Position numbers and translations under genes: made by a program
The notes under the pieces: model-generated
The model's database searches: none
The model's input: the letters and a program-made list of their open reading frames with translations, nothing else
Told to the model about the DNA's origin: nothing
Source: Octopus vulgaris
Lineage: Eukaryota
Assembly (NCBI GenBank): GCA_951406725.2
Contig: OX597828.1
Span: 34,720,001 to 34,784,000 of the forward strand
Direction: 5' to 3'
DNA: 64,000 nucleotides
Part shown: piece by piece, positions 14,432 to 27,345 of the stretch
Layout of the letters: each line of letters starts with the position of its first letter
Position numbering within the stretch: the stretch's first letter is position 1

Positions 14432-14747
14432 TGCCTTGTAGCAAGTTTGTTGCAAGGTGGGTGAGTGCCGGAAGAATGGCCAGTGTGAAAGGACCAATTC
14501 TGAGCGTGCACATGTAAACAAAAGAAGAAGGGCTCTTGCCTTGTTGTTCAGGCACCCGTGGATTTTGTGGATGTTTCTACGAGGGCCTTAAAGTGCCTCC
14601 CTTATTGGGTGATTTAATTTGTTCAATTTTTTTGTTATTACATTGTGTACACGCGAAAATCCATTGTATTGTCCTGTTTTTTTCTTTTATGTTGCTGTGC
14701 GTCAATTAATATTTTGTATGTGAGCCCTTGTGGCTAATAAAAGAATT
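14432..14747 (+). mobile_element. Tx1-clade LINE 3' end (second subfamily), followed by (ATT)n
   Basis: KFVARWVSAGRMASVKGPILSVHM* resembles the C-terminus K(K)RWVNVAKTVRARDETTLSMTL* at 36720-36799. The 3' end is GAGCCCTTGTGGCTAATAAAAGAA. Confidence 0.65.
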
Positions 14748-14752
14748 TATTA

Positions 14753-14799
<47 letters not shown>

Positions 14800-14814
14800 A
14801 TAATTTTATTATTA

Positions 14815-15475
14815 AGAAGTGGTGAGCAAGCAGAACCGTTAGCCCGCCAGGCAAAATGCTTATTGACATTTCGTCTGTCGCTACATTCTGTGTTCAAATT
14901 CCGTCGAGATCAACTTTACCTTTCATCCTTTCGGGGTAGATAAATTAAGTACCGGTAAAACACTGGAGTCGATGTAATCGATTAGACCCCCGCCCCTAAA
15001 ATTTCAGGCGTTTTGCCTTTAGTGGAAAGGATTATTAAGTGACGTCGAGCTAGCAGAACCGTTAACCCGCCGGGGAAAATGCTTATCGGCTTTTCGTCCT
15101 ACTTTCCGTTCTGGGTTTCAATTTCGCCGAGGTCGATTTTTTCCCTTCACCCTTTCCAGGTTGAAAAAAATGACTACCAGTTGAGCACTGGGATCGAAAC
15201 TGCTGGCCTTGTGCCAAAATTTGAAATCATTATTATAATCATTATCACCGTCTTTAGGATGGTGGATGGACTGAACGTCAGAACGTAGGAGAAAAATGAG
15301 CTGCGGCAGTTATGCCAACCTTTTACATCCTGTGTTCGAATTCTGCTGCAGTCAGCTTTGCCGTTCATCCTTTCGGGTTCGATAAAATAAATCATTAATC
15401 AAGGCGTGCGGATAATGTAATCAATTTACCTTCTCCTCATAATTTCTAGTGTTCTGCTCACATTGGAAACCGTGA
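14815..15475 (+). mobile_element. Head-to-tail cluster of three family B SINEs
   Basis: Repeated GAGCTGGCAGAA..GTTA...GTTCAAATT.CGCCGAGGTCGA.TTT.CCTTTCATCCTTTCGGG units separated by ATT runs. Confidence 0.75.
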
Positions 15476-15522
15476 TCATTCCGCTTGTATTTTTTCAAAA
15501 TATAATATACTCAACAATATAT

Positions 15523-15754
15523 ATTTCTTTACTACCCACAAGGGGCTAAACACAGAGGGGACAAACAAGGACAGACAAACGGATTAAGTCGATTACATCG
15601 ACCCCAGTGCGTAACTGGTACTTAATTTATCGACCCCGAAAGGATGAAAGGCAAAGTCGACCTCGACGGAATTTGAACTCAGAACATAACGGCAGACAAA
15701 ATACGGCTACGCATTTCGCCCGGCGTGCTAACGTTTCTGCCAGCTCGCCGCCTT
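15523..15754 (-). mobile_element. Full-length tRNA-derived SINE, family B, with 17-bp TSD
   Basis: A/B-box-like head (GGCGAGCTGGCAGAAACGTTAGC; GAGTTCAAATTCC). TSD TATACTCAACAATATAT at 15506-15522 and 15755-15771. Near-identical to 34443-34672. Confidence 0.92.
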
Positions 15755-17283
15755 TATACTCAACAATATATTATGCTTAGTGTCCTACCCCTACGATATT
15801 TTATGGTGAGGTGTGATTTGAGGAACAGCTGACTACTCTATTTACCTGTTCCGGTAGCTACGTGGAGGCTCAAAAGACGGTTTTGTTTAGTTTATTCGCT
15901 GGTATCCCGCATGGTTATATGTTGTTCGTCGTCCGGGGTCCCTTTTATTGAGCAAATTCCTGATAAAAATATATTCTAGCAGTAACTGTCCCTTAGATCA
16001 TGTTTTCATTCATAGTGTATCTAATAGTACATTAGCCAGTATATCATTCTCTTTGTTTTAAAGAGGGGTGTGTGATTTGTTGGTGATTTGGCTGTTGTTT
16101 CTAGCATGTCCAGTAACTGCTTAGAGGTTCACTCACTTGTTGAAACGAACTTTGTAATTGGTTACTACTTCCACAAAAAAAAAAAATCTCTTGCCCTGGT
16201 TAGTTTTATCTCAGTTTGCTCCAATAATATTGAATCCGTTCAACGTGTAACGATCTTTGTTAATTGAAGTTAAGAGAAATCGACAGACACTGTTGATCAT
16301 TAAGCTAAATCGAATTATAATTATTAAGAAAGAAAACTAATAAAATCGATCCACTGGGGATATAAAATACGAAACGAAGATGGATGAAACTAAATACCAA
16401 AAATAATAATTTAACACACAAAATTTTCTGCTAACTTACCTTCACAAAGCAGGAGTTTCGACCGGTAATAGCTCAGTGGCTCCTAAATCTTGAAAAAGTA
16501 TAAAGCAAATTTAGGTTAACTCAAATATGTTTCCAACTTTGACTTCCAAAGTGAAATTCGCTGTAGTTTATTGTGAAGAAATAAATTCTCGCTTATGAAA
16601 GAAAAGGCGCAAAAACAATTTAGCTGCTCAGTGACGCCCTGCATGAGACTCCCTGGTGCATACCTGGGTTTGTAACCTTTCGTACCCAGTGACACCGAAG
16701 AGAGATAATCCTCGAGAGACCAGAGAGCCATAGCTTAATCACAGAAAACCGAACGAGTGAATTTTAGCGCAGCGATGTATTATCCACATCTTCGCGCAAT
16801 CTGGCAAAGCAACAATAGCGTGTCATATATACGAATCCTGAAGAATGAGTTGGCACCAAAACAGGAATTCTCAATATATTTTCTATATGATGCAAGGCAG
16901 CAAGCTGGCAGTATCTTTACCGCATGGGAAAAAGTGCTTGGCTGAAGTCTTCCGATTTTACGTTCTGTGTTCAAATGCTTCCGGAGGCAACTTTGCCTTT
17001 CGTCCTTTCAAGTAATTGCTGGTTTGTCATCCTCCCTCAAAATTGCTGGCCTCGTGCAAAATTTAAAATCGATATATTTGCTATATGACAACAATTTTAC
17101 ACTCAATTCTATGTACTAAACGTCCTGTTGTTGTTGCCGTATCTACCCACTGCGCCACTTAAATTTTGGTGTACCCTGTTCTCGTTCATTGGCCATTTAT
17201 AAAGTTCTAATCTGTAACATAATTTCTATCTACACACACATACTCACACACAAAAACACAGACACGCACACACAAACACACAC

Positions 17284-17327
<44 letters not shown>

Positions 17328-18129
17328 ACACACACGCGCGCGCACACAAACAAATGATTTGTTGGAGCAACTGTAGTCTATTGAAGTGAATATAGTAGAT
17401 ATTTTCTGCAGACTAACGGTGTGATAAAATATGAATTCGATCATAAATCCACGAAATTTATCACGGCTCATCTGTGCCACCCTTACATACCTGATGATAA
17501 CATAAATATATTTTATTAACATTACAGTTATAATATCAAATTTCAAATTTTGACACAAGGTCAATAATTTTAGGGAGTTAATTGCATGATTAAATATTAT
17601 ACGATTTCAGTTCGCAGTTTTTCGAAATAAGGATTGAAGTTAAACAAAGTATCCTGTTTGAGAGGATTAATAAATTTCGTTATTTATCATTAGAAGTGTT
17701 TGTGCACCCTTTTCCAAGAAGCAAATTAAGTCAATAAATGTCTCTCCGATGCAGCTTAGCAAGCGATCTTGCTAGTGATGGACATACGATAGAATAAAGC
17801 TATAGATTTAAGCGGGAAACTGCTTTGCCACCAGCAATTTTTTTTTTAGATATCTGCATAAACTAGTGTCCTCTACGTTATGTTTAATGGAGAATATCAA
17901 AAGAAGATAAAGAATTACATACTGAGATTATATTCTAGCTCGAAGCATCATCAATTATGTTTCTGCTCACACATATGACCCCTTTCATATTCTAATCCAA
18001 GCATAGATTTGTTTTTAAATGTGTTTAAAACATAAGTATAGCTTAAATCTTTTACTTCTACGAAGAAATCATGACTTCTTTTAAACACCAAGTGCACTCT
18101 ACAATATCGTATTGATATTTGTCTCCTAT

Positions 18130-18455
18130 GTGGTTAGAGCGTCGAGCTTACGATCGTGAGGTTGTGAGCTCGAATCCAGGACCGGGCTGCGTGTTGTGTT
18201 CTTGAGCAAGGCACTTTATTTCACGTTGCTCCAGTTCACTCAGCTGTAGAAATGAGTTGCGACGTCACTGGTGCCAAGCTGTATCGACCTTTGTCTTTCC
18301 CTTGGATAACACTGGTGGCGTGGAGAGGGGAGGCTGGTATGCATGGGCGACTGCTGGCCTTCCATAAACAACCTTGCCCGGACTTGTGTCTAGGAGGGTA
18401 ACTTTCTAGGTGCAATCCCATGGTCATTCATGACCGAAGGGGGTCTTTACCCTTT
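18130..18455 (+). mobile_element. tRNA-derived SINE, family C
   Basis: tRNA-like head GTGGTTAGAGCG...GAGCTCGAATCC and central GTGTTCTTGAGCAAGGCACTTTA block. A second copy lies at 58201-58486. Confidence 0.85.
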
Positions 18456-18907
18456 ATGTGACCTCACATCGGTCCCAAGTAGGTGTATGTACCCGGGTTA
18501 AAAAGCCACATTATGACATAGTATATTGGGACAAGTTCAATTCAAAGACGCTCCGACACAGAATGATTCCCAGCAAACATAACACATCACAATTGTTTTC
18601 ATTGATGCTTTTACGAAAACCGTGAACGTAAGATCTTCACATCTTGGCCTATGAATATTTCAATTTCCTTGTGCTTTTTATTGCATCTCATGTATCGGGT
18701 GACGGAAAACTGAACAGAAAACCTATACACATCTTTATCCTATTTTTTGAAGACACCATCCATATAGAAGAAAAAAAAACACAGAAAAGAAACTACATAA
18801 GACGCAGATATGGGCGTCTGGTTTAGAGATTTGTTTTGCGATCACGAGGTTTCCAGTTCAGTCTTGTGGGTGAATTTGGTAGATGGAAACTGTGTGGAAG
18901 ACAGTCT

Positions 18908-19374
<467 letters not shown>

Positions 19375-19559
19375 AAACACAAAGTGTAACACCAACTAAT
19401 GAATAACAGTAAAAGAGAAGTTACGCATTCACTTTCATTAGCTCACAGTTGTTTCTGCTATGAATAAACGCGAACCCAGAGTTGGGTTCTCGTATTCCTC
19501 GGAACGATTTAAGATGGGATACTTATAGCAGAAAAAGCTTATAAGTTGATAAAAGAAAT

Positions 19560-19747
19560 CAAGTAATGCTATTCCTTTTGTGCATCAGGTACTTGGTTGA
19601 TATTTCCTGTTCCTGGATTGCAAACGTATACCCTTCAAAGTGGGAGGTAGCAATCCGGCTATCGATCCATGATAAACTGCTTCGATGATCGATGTTACTA
19701 TCATCACGGACCTTTCTGTTAACATGTCTATGCATAGTCTTCTGCTC
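19560..19747 (-). mobile_element. R4/Dong-clade (RLE) non-LTR retrotransposon fragment
   Basis: SSLSWIDSRIATSHFEGYTFAIQEQEISTKYLMHKR matches the R4/Dong EG...AIQ(D/E)Q.I.T motif. The 5' end abuts (TACA)n. Confidence 0.75.
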
Positions 19748-20835
19748 ATGTATGTATGTATGTATGTATGTATGTATGTATGTATGTATGTATGTATGTA
19801 TGTATGTATGTATGCTTGCATGTATGTATGTAAGCTTGCATGCTTGCATGTATGTATGTATGTATACATGTATGTGTGTATGTATGCATGTACACATGTA
19901 TGTATGCATGTATACATGTATGCATGTATGCATGTATGCATGCATTATGCATGCATTTATGTATGCATGTATGTATGCTTGCATGTATGTATGCATGCAT
20001 GTATGTTGTGTGTATGTATGTATGCATGCATGCATGCATGTATGTATGTATGTATATATATGTATGCATGCATGCATGTATGTATGTGTGTATGTATACA
20101 TAGATGAATTAGATTATAGGTTGTTAAGAATTACATATGTACACTATCGCAATAACAGTATGGATTCAGTGTACTATGAGTATTATATGATCATAATATA
20201 TACCCTATAGGTATATAATACCCTCCATAGAATAGATTAGACGTCCACAACAGAACACAGCGGATTAATGAATTGGAGTACTGTGGATCAACAACGGATT
20301 ATCAGTACAGGACTAATATTAGGACACCAACAACACATGTAATACATAGACTCAATTAGATTTGTAAAACTATGGATACAAGCATTATATTAATATATTG
20401 AGACAAATAGGATTTCATTGCCGGATTACTATGAAAAATTATAGATAATCTATAAAGTGGATTATATACCACTGGAATTATGGGTAACTGTCTTCTACCA
20501 TGTAGCTTTATGTTGCTACTGGTAAGATATATGCCGCAGATTCTTGAATGTAATAAAAATGTAAGAAACAAAATTCTGTGGGGTGGGTGGGTGAGAGGGA
20601 GAAATCGAGAGGGAGAGAGAGAGAGAGAGAATAATCTGATTTTCTTTCCTTTATAAGAGTTATGCATCGAGGTTAAATATCTCTTAGAGAGCCACAACTT
20701 CTTCCGCGTTGTCGACCTATAAAAGAGAACATGTGCTCTGTGTATTTTGTATGCATACTATTCATTGGGTTATATCTACACACACACACATATGAAACAG
20801 AAAGTGTAAGAGAGGCAGACACAGAGATAAGAGCG

Positions 20836-20872
<37 letters not shown>

Positions 20873-21523
20873 ACACACCGATCTGTATATATGTAAACGT
20901 ATATATGTGTGTATAGTGTCTGTGAAAGCAAGTATATATATATGTACATACATATACACGCGTTCATACACACACAAACACACACTCATTTATGCTTCAA
21001 ATATTTTGTCTTAAGGTAGAGAGAAAGCGGGATCGAGTGTTCTCTCTCTCTCTCTCTTTCTTTCTCTTTCTCTCTCTCTTTCTTTATCTCTCTCTCTCTC
21101 TCTCTCAGACATCTTTGCCTTGCTGACTTCTTTGGAGAATGTTCCTTCTTACTGGAATTACATATTCGCAATGCGAAGAACATCTCTTCAAGAGACACAT
21201 TCGTTAAGCTCCAATTTCTCTCTGCGAGTCTCCACATTATACCCGACAGGTATACTTACCGAAAATCTCTTAATGTAAGCAGATTTCTTTTAGATGTGAA
21301 AATCCTGTGAAATTCTCAGCCTACAACAGCGATTCTATTACTTTAGACTTCACACGGGCTTATGTGAATATGCAGATGGTGTATGCATATATATGGCCGT
21401 GCCGACGCGCCCTATATATTTGAATAATACCTATATATATACTGTTACATATACACACAATTACATACATATATTATGTATATACACAATTATATACATG
21501 TTATATGTATTCATGTAGGTGCA

Positions 21524-22049
21524 TATATATATGTGTGTGTGTACGTGTGTACCTATATGTGTGTATATATATATACGTATATATGTGCGTGTGTATATAG
21601 ACGCAGGAGTGGATGTGTGGTAAGTAGCTTGCTTACCAATTACATGGTTCCTGTTTCAGTCCCACTGATGGACTTTAGGCAAGTGTCTTCTACTATACCC
21701 TCGAGCTGAAGAAAGGCTTGTGTGTAGATACACATACAGACATACACACACACACACACACACATATATGTGAACACACACACATATATGAGAACACACA
21801 CACACATATGTGTGTGTGTGTGTGTGTGTATGTCTGTATGTGTATCTACACACAAGCCTTTCTTCAGCTCGAGGGTATAGTAGAAGACACTTGCCTAAAG
21901 TCCATCAGTGGGACTGAAACAGGAACCATGTAATTGGTAAGCAAGCTACTTACCACACATCCACTCCTGCGTCTATATACACACGCACATATATACGTAT
22001 ATATATATACACACATATAGGTACACACGTACACACACACATATATATA
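21524..22049. repeat. Perfect inverted duplication, 244-bp arms, 38-bp spacer
   Basis: 21524-21767 is the reverse complement of 21806-22049 and includes a diverged family A SINE head with the same private substitutions in both arms. Confidence 0.95.
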
Positions 22050-22085
22050 CACACACACACACATATATATGTGTGTGTATTATGT

Positions 22086-22310
22086 GTGAGTATATGTTTA
22101 TGTGTCTGTGTTTGTCCCCCCCCCCAACATCGCTTGAGAACCGATGCTGCTGTGTTTATGTACTGGTAATCTAGCGGTTCGGCAAAAGAGACCGATAGAA
22201 TAAGTACTAGGCATATGAAGAATAAGTCCTGGAGTCGAGTTGCTCGACTAAAGGCGGTGCTTCAGCACGGTCGCAGTCAAATGACTGAAAAGAGTAAAAG
22301 AATAAAATAG
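22086..22310 (+). mobile_element. Family A SINE 3' half (head at about 21600-21722)
   Basis: CAACATCGCTTGA...GCGGTTCGGCAAAAGAGACCGATAGAATAAGTACTAGG...AATGACTGAAA..AGTAAAAGAAT. Confidence 0.85.
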
Positions 22311-22319
22311 TGATACGTA

Positions 22320-22377
<58 letters not shown>

Positions 22378-22737
22378 AAAGTATAAGAAATTTCTCTAAA
22401 AGTAACCGGTTTCTCGCAAAAACATCTATGTATGCATGTAACCTACGTATGAGATATATAAAGCAAGCAAAATGTACTTATTCGTCTGTAGATCGAAGCA
22501 TGATCAACAGCTTTATTCGAACCTTATTGGCTTCTCATCAGAAATGTCTACATCAGTTTCACCAATCCTAGAAAGAAAAATAAAAAAACAAACACAAAAA
22601 AATCGCAGCCAATCTGTTTATGTACGTACAGAAAAGCTGGAGCAACTAATTTGCATACTGCATGCATTTAACAGTTTGTGTAAATGTGTATGTATGTATG
22701 TATGTATGTATGTATGTATGTATGTATGTATGTATGT

Positions 22738-23147
22738 CGCTTCTATTCTTAAATTATTAGAAATCTTCCTCAGAGGAGGGAGCCGGTTTCCAGCAAAGAT
22801 ACAAGGTTCCATCTTTGGAGTGTAGTTAATACAGACAATTTCTCATTTGGAACTTGAGAAAAGTCTTGCATATTTTTACATGAGAGAATTCAAGCAGGTT
22901 GCTAACAAAGCAGCAAGAATCTCTCATGGAGAATTTCTGAAATGTCTTGCAAATCTTCACTGTGCCACTAATAGGTTGGATTTGAAGAATCCGCATCAGT
23001 TTCTTTTGTTCTTTTACTGCGAAGCCAAGTGTTTCTAGGTTTTTCTGCAAATTTGTTGGTACGTAACCTAATGCACCTATGCTAATAGGTTCTAATGAGA
23101 AGTCATGGTCAGGGTACGAGAGCTGTAAGTTTTGCTTTAATTCGCCA
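22738..23147 (-). mobile_element. R4/Dong-clade LINE 3' end inside (TACA)n
   Basis: YGELKQNLQLSYPDHDFSLEPISIGALGYVP...LQIQPISGTVKICKTFQKF is an RLE endonuclease C-terminus. TACA repeats lie on both sides. Confidence 0.8.
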
Positions 23148-23327
23148 TATGTATGTATGTGTGTGTATGTATGTGTGTGTGTATGTATGTATGTATGTAT
23201 GTATGTATGTATGTGTGTATGTGTGTATGTGTGTATGTGTGTATATGTGTGTGTATATGTGTATGTGTGTATGTGTGTGTGTGTATGTGTGTGTGTGTAT
23301 GTGTGTGTATGTGTGTGTGTATGTATG

Positions 23328-23790
23328 TGCAGATCTGTATGTTTTATGTATGCCTTCTCATGCATATAGTTACATATCTAGACATGCTCATATATATTTA
23401 AATGATAAACTTCTGGAAAGTTTTACATTTTTTTACAGTTTCAATGAAGGATTGGATCTGTAGCCTTCGAATTAGCCTTCTCCTTTCTGGTTTTGAGTAG
23501 CCAAATTTCTCAAGAGTGGTATTTAGGCAGTGAGTTAAAAATCCCATGGCCCCAATAATTACGGGTATAAACCTGAACTTTTAATCTGGATAGAGTAACT
23601 GCAGATTTTTCAATAGTTAAACATAGGTGTTCTCTTTTTCTGTGATTTCAGCTTTATGTTAACATCTGTTGGGCAGCTAATTTCCACAACTGTGCATAGT
23701 TTCTCTTCTCTATCCCAAGTCATTATATCAGGTCTGTTGTGTTTACATTTTATTGAGATGTTCACTAGGACATTCTACCAGTCTGTAGTA
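23328..23790 (-). mobile_element. R4/Dong-clade LINE RLE domain and 3' end inside (TACA)n
   Basis: Manual translation: KCKHNRPDIMTWDREEKLCTVVEISCPTDVN...EKENTY...NLQLLYPD.KFRFIPVIIGAMG, which carries the PD-(D/E)xK restriction-like endonuclease motifs. Stops are present. Confidence 0.85.
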
Positions 23791-23796
23791 TGGTTG

Positions 23797-23832
<36 letters not shown>

Positions 23833-24300
23833 TGTATGTATGTATGTATGTATGTATGTATGTATGTATGTACGTATGTATGTATGTATGTATGCCTGCA
23901 TGTATGCATGCATGTATGTGTGTGTGTGTATTAGTATGTACGTATGCAAGACATGTTCGCAAATCTACAGTAACAAGCGTGTCTTTATATGCAGAAAGGT
24001 TCCAGTATGTTTCGCGATTTCTCTTCCTCCAATATTTAGAATGTTTTGCAACACAAGGTGGAATCGAACTCATGGGCGTATCACCTTGCTTGGCATCGCA
24101 CCTCCGGACACCCTCATCGTTGTAATTAATGTTGTTAACATTCCACTTAAGCAATTGGAAGGTGATATATTCAAAGAAATCCTGAAGAGTGAGGAATTCC
24201 GGCTCTCTCTCTTCAGAACGCCAGACAACCATCCATGAGAGATGGGTAGAATCTCTAATTTTCCATATGTGAAGAGGGTTGCAAGACATTTTAAAAGCTA

Positions 24301-24815
24301 TTAACCTTTCGTTGGCTGACGGGGTCACTTGGCGGGGTCAGCAAATTTTAAAAGTTATGCAATTTTTTTTACAGTTATTAATTAAATGACTTTATAGCTC
24401 ATGACTTTTATTGCCAATAGTTTATGTATGCACATACAAATTCTGAGTTAGAACTTTCCAGTCATATGGATGTTATAGCCTAAAATAGGGTCATTGGGGG
24501 CCAACTGGACCCCATTGGCCTTCTGTTCTCTTTTCGGATATTCTCAATGCAAATTGACATATTTCAAATGTCTACTCCAAAATCATGTATAGCAAAAGAG
24601 CCAATGTAGATGCACCATACGAAGTTTCAGCACCAGATTGTGATTCTGATAGTGAGGTATCTGATATAATAATAAATGAAGAAAGAATCCAATGATGATT
24701 TTAGTAGTGATAACAGCGAAACTGGTCATGAAGATGGCAATAATGTGGTTGGTAAACATAAATGTACAGCATGGCTCACTGAAGCACCCAAACGTAGACG
24801 AAATGTTCGCCAAAG
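24301..24815 (+). mobile_element. piggyBac-like transposon 5' fragment
   Basis: Starts TTAACCTTTCG and has GGGGTCA/GACCCC subterminal motifs. An acidic N-terminal stretch is followed by GKHKCTAWLTEAPKRRRNVRQ, similar to PGBD4-type N-termini. Confidence 0.5.
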
Positions 24816-25122
24816 TGGGCTTCTACAATGGCTTCCGTTGATTAAATCAGTGCCAGCAAAATTCAATATGCAATAGTTGTGCTAGACTCCATCATACATT
24901 TCTGTCTTTTTGTGCATTCCGGCTCTTAAGATTCTGAGTTCAAATCCAGCCGAGACTGATTTTGCTTTTCATCATTTCTGGGTCGATGAAATGAGTACCA
25001 GTTGAGCACTGAATTGCACCCGCCCTTGAAATATCAGGCCTTGGGCCTATAGTAGAAAGGCTCTATATGTGTGCGTCTGTGTGCACGTATATCAATGTGC
25101 GCAAGCGTGCGTTACATGTATA

Positions 25123-25328
25123 CAGTAATCCCTCGCCATATCGCGGTTTACCTATCTCGCGTTCAGTACATCGCGGATTTTTCTGGCGAATATATGTAAA
25201 TTTATATCGCGGGGGCCTCGGTATATCGCGGGCTTCTGCAGCCGATAGGTATTCACATTTTTTTAGATTTTAATTATTTCTGTGGGAGGTTTTGGAACGT
25301 AACACCCGCGATTGTCGAAGTATTACTT
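25123..25328. mobile_element. pogo/Tigger-like MITE
   Basis: TA-CAGTAATCCCTCGCCATATCGCGG ... CCGCGATTGTCGAAGTATTACT (imperfect TIR), with internal TATCGCGG repeats. Confidence 0.75.
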
Positions 25329-25739
25329 TGTGTGTGTGTGTGTGTCTGTGTGTCTGTGTGTGTATACTTGCACGCATGTGAATGTGTGTTAATGTACATG
25401 TGTGTGTTCGTGTGTGTGCGTGCGTGTGCGTATATATGTCTGCGTGCACGGGAAGTAATGCACGAATATATGCATGCATGCATGTTTATTTACATCAGTG
25501 CAGGTTAAAATTAGTGCATGAAAACAGAAATTCATGCAGCATTCACAGCCGACTGAATTATCTCCCTTTTTAATCCGAAAAGATCCGATTAAAGAAATGA
25601 CACCAGAAAAAAAAAAGCAACAACTGGATTCGATATAATGTTTTGTAAAGATTTGCTCGAGCGTGACCAAAATGCAATGAGCGTAATCAATAAAAGAAGA
25701 TCGAAACGAATACAAACCTATATAGCCACATTTACATAT

Positions 25740-26112
25740 TCTTTTATTCTTTTACTTGTTTCAGTCATTTTGACCTCGGCCATGCTTGAGCAACGCCTTT
25801 AATCGAGCAAATCGACCCCGGGACTTATTCTATCGGGTTCTTTCGCCGAACCGCTAGTTTAAGGGGACGTAAACACACCAGCATCGGTTGTCAAGCAATG
25901 ATAGGGGGACCAACACAGGCATACAAACGTATACACACATACATATATACATATACGATGGGCTTCTTTCAGTTTCCGCCCACCAAATCGGGCTTTGGTC
26001 GGCCCGAGGCTATAGTAGAAGACACTGGCCCAAGGTTTCACGCAGTGAAGCTGAACCCGGAACCATGTAGTTGGTAAGCAAGCTACTTACCACACAGCCA
26101 TTCCAGCGCCTA
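25740..26112 (-). mobile_element. Family A SINE, near full length
   Basis: Head GGCTGTGTGGTAAGTAGCTTGC...GGTTCCGGGTTCAG, internal microsatellite, and tail TGAAACAAGTAAAAGAAT. Confidence 0.9.
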
Positions 26113-26199
26113 TTTATTATTCCTAAACATGAATAGCATTGACAGTTACTTTGCAGTTTCAAAGTTTCGACTAGCTAAGTCATCATCATCGTATTATCA

Positions 26200-26326
26200 T
26201 CCAACCACATGCTCCCGGGTTCAGTTCCACTGCGTAGCATCTTGGGCGAGTGTATTCTACTATAGCCTTGGGCTGACTAAAAACTTGTGAGTGGATTTGG
26301 TAGGCGGTAACTGAAAGAAGCCCGTC

Positions 26327-26370
<44 letters not shown>

Positions 26371-26620
26371 GTATGTATGTATAAATGTACAATATATTAT
26401 GTCTGTGAGTATGTGTGTGTGAGAGAGAGAGAGCGAGAGAGAGAGTGGGGCAGAGAGAGATCAGAGCTTGACAACTGGTGTTGCTGTGTTTGCGTCCCCG
26501 TAATCTAGTGGTTCGGCCAAAGAGACCGATAGAATATGTGTCAGGCTTTAATGGAATAAGTACTGGGTTCCATTTTATTTTACAAAAATCCTTCCAGGCG
26601 GTGCCCCAGCATGGCCGCTG
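26200..26620 (+). mobile_element. Family A SINE
   Basis: Same modules as the other family A copies. Confidence 0.8.
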
Positions 26621-26784
26621 CATGGCACCTTGGGCAACTACCTTCTACTATGAGCGTAGGGCTGACCAAATCCTTGTGAGTGGACTTGGTAGATGGAAAC
26701 TAAAAAAAGCCCATCGTATGTATATATACATATATATATATATGCATATATATGCATATATATACATACATATATACACATTTT

Positions 26785-27109
26785 GCGGTGAAGTGTAACC
26801 AAAAGCGCGTATCTTATGGTCGTGATTCATATCGAGCCCTTCTGGGTATTAGCGCGCGTCTACGATGAGTCTACGGTTTAAAAAAAATTTACCATAATTT
26901 TTCCGCATTTTTAATGCATTTTCCCTCGGTTTATATAAGGGAAGTAACTCTCTAAAAATGTACTATTAAATCTCAGAACGTAAAAAGCTACAGTAACACC
27001 CCCCTTTGTGGTTAGCCATATTGAGATGGCTATTATACCTTATATCCCTAAAAATGCTTATATAGTTATTTCTCTAACAAACCCGAGCAACGCCGGGCGA
27101 TACTGCTAG
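26785..27109 (+). mobile_element. Non-autonomous Helitron 3' portion nested in a family A SINE
   Basis: GC-rich hairpin CCCGAGCAACGCCGGG (27082-27097) followed by CTAG|T (27106-27110), the canonical Helitron 3' terminus. The host SINE head (26621-26720) and tail (27130-27313) flank it. The 5' boundary is approximate. Confidence 0.75.
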
Positions 27110-27310
27110 TATGTATATATATATGTATGTATTTGTGTGTTTGTGTTTGTACCCCTACCATTGACAACTGATGCTGGTGTTTACATCCCCGTAACTTAGC
27201 GGTTCGGCAGAAGGGTCCGATAGAATAAGTACTAGGCTTACAAAGAATAAATCTTGGGATTGCTCCAGCATGACCGCAGCCAAATGACTGAAACAAGTAA
27301 AAGAATAAAA

Positions 27311-27340
<30 letters not shown>

Positions 27341-27345
<5 letters not shown>

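Noticed and set aside
17640-18050. Possible hAT (Buster/Charlie) transposase relic
   Set aside because: Only faint motif resemblance across many stops and frameshifts.
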